A stretch of DNA of 64,000 nucleotides. Source: a virus. Taxonomy: Duplodnaviria; Caudoviricetes. The stretch's first letter is position 1, and each line of letters begins with the position of its first letter. The stretch is taken from positions 5,113 to 69,112 of the IMG/VR virus record IMGVR_UViG_3300044840_000026; one strand, given 5' to 3'. Below the pieces are notes generated by a model. That model did not search any database. It had not been told where the DNA came from and saw only the letters and a program-made list of their open reading frames with translations. This document shows, piece after piece, positions 62,747-64,000 of this stretch. A program made the position numbers and the translations under genes.

Positions 62747-63198
62747 GGAGAGTGCTCCCCTTGCAGAACATAGACAGTCAGGTCAATTGAGCTTTGAGTA
62801 GCCAGTTTTTGTATGGCCGGCCCGACTTCACTCCATTGCAGCCCCCCGATTCCGCACCCAATACGTGGCATGGCGATGCTCTTCATGCCGACTGATTCTG
62901 CGTCCTTCAACATTGCTTTCACGGCTATTTCGATCCACTCCAATTGAGCGTCCGGGCCAGGAAGTTGTTGAGTGGCAAGGTTGTAGATCGCGGGTTTGTC
63001 AGAGCGCCGCAGGTAGTAGCTGCCGGGATTCAGCAGGCGTGCCTCGCACAGCTCCGCATACCTGTCCTTCATCTTTGGATACCGCCTAGCAAACTCGGCG
63101 GCAATGCCGCCACCCATTGAGCCTTGGCAGTTGACGCCATGAGCCAGCGCGTCAACATCAGCGTCAAACAGGTTGCCTACGACCTCGGAATAGCTCAC
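62743..63198 (-). CDS. Macrodomain (DarG/Poa1-like ADP-ribosylhydrolase)
   Basis: GNLFD, AHGVNCQGSMGGGIAAEF, IYNLATQ, SIAMPRIGCGIGGLQW. Confidence 0.9.
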   Translation of the reverse strand: MSYSEVVGNLFDADVDALAHGVNCQGSMGGGIAAEFARRYPKMKDRYAELCEARLLNPGSYYLRRSDKPAIYNLATQQLPGPDAQLEWIEIAVKAMLKDAESVGMKSIAMPRIGCGIGGLQWSEVGPAIQKLATQSSIDLTVYVLQGEHSP

Positions 63199-64000
63199 GC
63201 AGAGACCGCTTCTGCTATCGCCTTACCGTCGATGTCAACTTCGCTGATCACGACGCATTCACGTGCCTTGCATTTTGGCGTTGCGTATTGATCGGTGATC
63301 CCAACCGTCGCGTCCGCTGGTACAGCGCAGAGAAGAAAACGGACATCGGCGCGTCCGCTGTGATATTCCAACGCGTGACGAGGGGTCGGGCCGAAATGCA
63401 AACCACCAGCGCAACGGTCCTGACCGTCCCAGTCAGGCGCTGTAACTATTTCCCCTAGCGGGTATTCCATCCCGTGATCGCTGGTTAGTTCGGAATTGAC
63501 GGCCTTGTAAACCAAAAGCTTGTCGTCTTCGATCTTGACGCCGTGGTACTCCGCCCATTGTGTTGGGTCGGAGAGGTCGATCCCCGTGAGATCAATGAGC
63601 ACGCCGCCTTCAAAAGTAGCCCGCTGGCTGTAAAGGTGAACGCTCACCAGCTTGCCAACGGTGGCCTTTGAGTTGTCACGAAGGTGGACATTTGAGCTTC
63701 CAGAGGCCACGGCATGCGACGATTCCCGCAACACGGCATGCGACGATCCCCACAACACGGCATGCGACGATCCCCACAACTCGGCATGCGACGATTCCCG
63801 CAACTCGGCATGCGACGATTCCCGCAACTCGGCATGCGACGATTCCCGCAACTCGGCATGCGACGATTCCCGCAACACGGCATGCGACGATTCCCGCAAC
63901 ACGGCATGCGACGATCCCCACAACACGGCATGCGACGATCCCCACAACTCGGCATGCGACGATCCCCACAACACGGCATGCGACGATTCCCGCAACACGG
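63195..64000 (-). CDS. 8-aa tandem-repeat protein with conserved C-terminal domain; start beyond the window
   Basis: 12 x (V/E)L(RE/WG)SSHA, then YKAV...Y..GE.V.APDWD....CAGGLHFGPTP. Confidence 0.8.
   Translation of the reverse strand, partial: VLRESSHAVLWGSSHAELWGSSHAVLWGSSHAVLRESSHAVLRESSHAELRESSHAELRESSHAELRESSHAELWGSSHAVLWGSSHAVLRESSHAVASGSSNVHLRDNSKATVGKLVSVHLYSQRATFEGGVLIDLTGIDLSDPTQWAEYHGVKIEDDKLLVYKAVNSELTSDHGMEYPLGEIVTAPDWDGQDRCAGGLHFGPTPRHALEYHSGRADVRFLLCAVPADATVGITDQYATPKCKARECVVISEVDIDGKAIAEAVSA
63708..64000. repeat. 24-bp coding tandem repeat, at least 12 units
   Basis: Unit approximately CGGCATGCGACGAT(T/C)CCC(G/A)CAAC(A/T), abutting with no spacers. Confidence 0.95.

Noticed and set aside
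63708-64000. Possible CRISPR array
   Set aside because: The 24-bp units abut with no unique spacers and keep an open reading frame; no cas genes are present

Overview
The window is most of the genome of a temperate, long-tailed (sipho-like) dsDNA phage or prophage of an actinobacterium. The host is probably in the Acidimicrobiia, inferred from the endolysin's GYWLV-x-x-D-x-G-I-F-A-F-G repeats. No host chromosome is visible and both ends cut genes. Layout: recombination genes, repressor and early genes (1-10.9 kb); major capsid, neck, tail, tape measure and minor tail genes (11-22.8 kb); a glycosyltransferase/methyltransferase island (23-26.4 kb); terminase, portal, MuF and scaffold (26.6-33.4 kb, oddly downstream of the capsid gene); NlpC/P60 and Fic genes; a 1905-aa glycan-targeting fibre and a CE4 deacetylase (36-44 kb); a second glycosyltransferase plus a sugar epimerase; GH16 and a second fibre; the lysis cassette (52.3-54.3 kb); and a long leftward early region with integrase, ASCH, macrodomain and an 8-aa repeat protein. 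Main observations: (1) an intact stand-alone CheY-like receiver domain translationally coupled between the endolysin and the holin-side genes; (2) four families of dispersed cis-elements read directly from the sequence: six promoter-operators TTGCNN-N17-TACRST with an embedded GTACC-N6-GGTAC palindrome, six TTCAAG-type boxes, five TGCTCA-N5-TGAGCA boxes, and an identical 20-nt leader on three virion-gene transcripts; (3) two fibres sharing an N-terminal module and that leader; (4) an exonuclease fused to an RNA-polymerase alpha-CTD-like domain; (5) a ~40-bp in-frame copy of the big fibre gene inside an unrelated gene; (6) accessory genes hollowed out by internal deletions. All protein calls come from motif recognition by eye; no database search was run.
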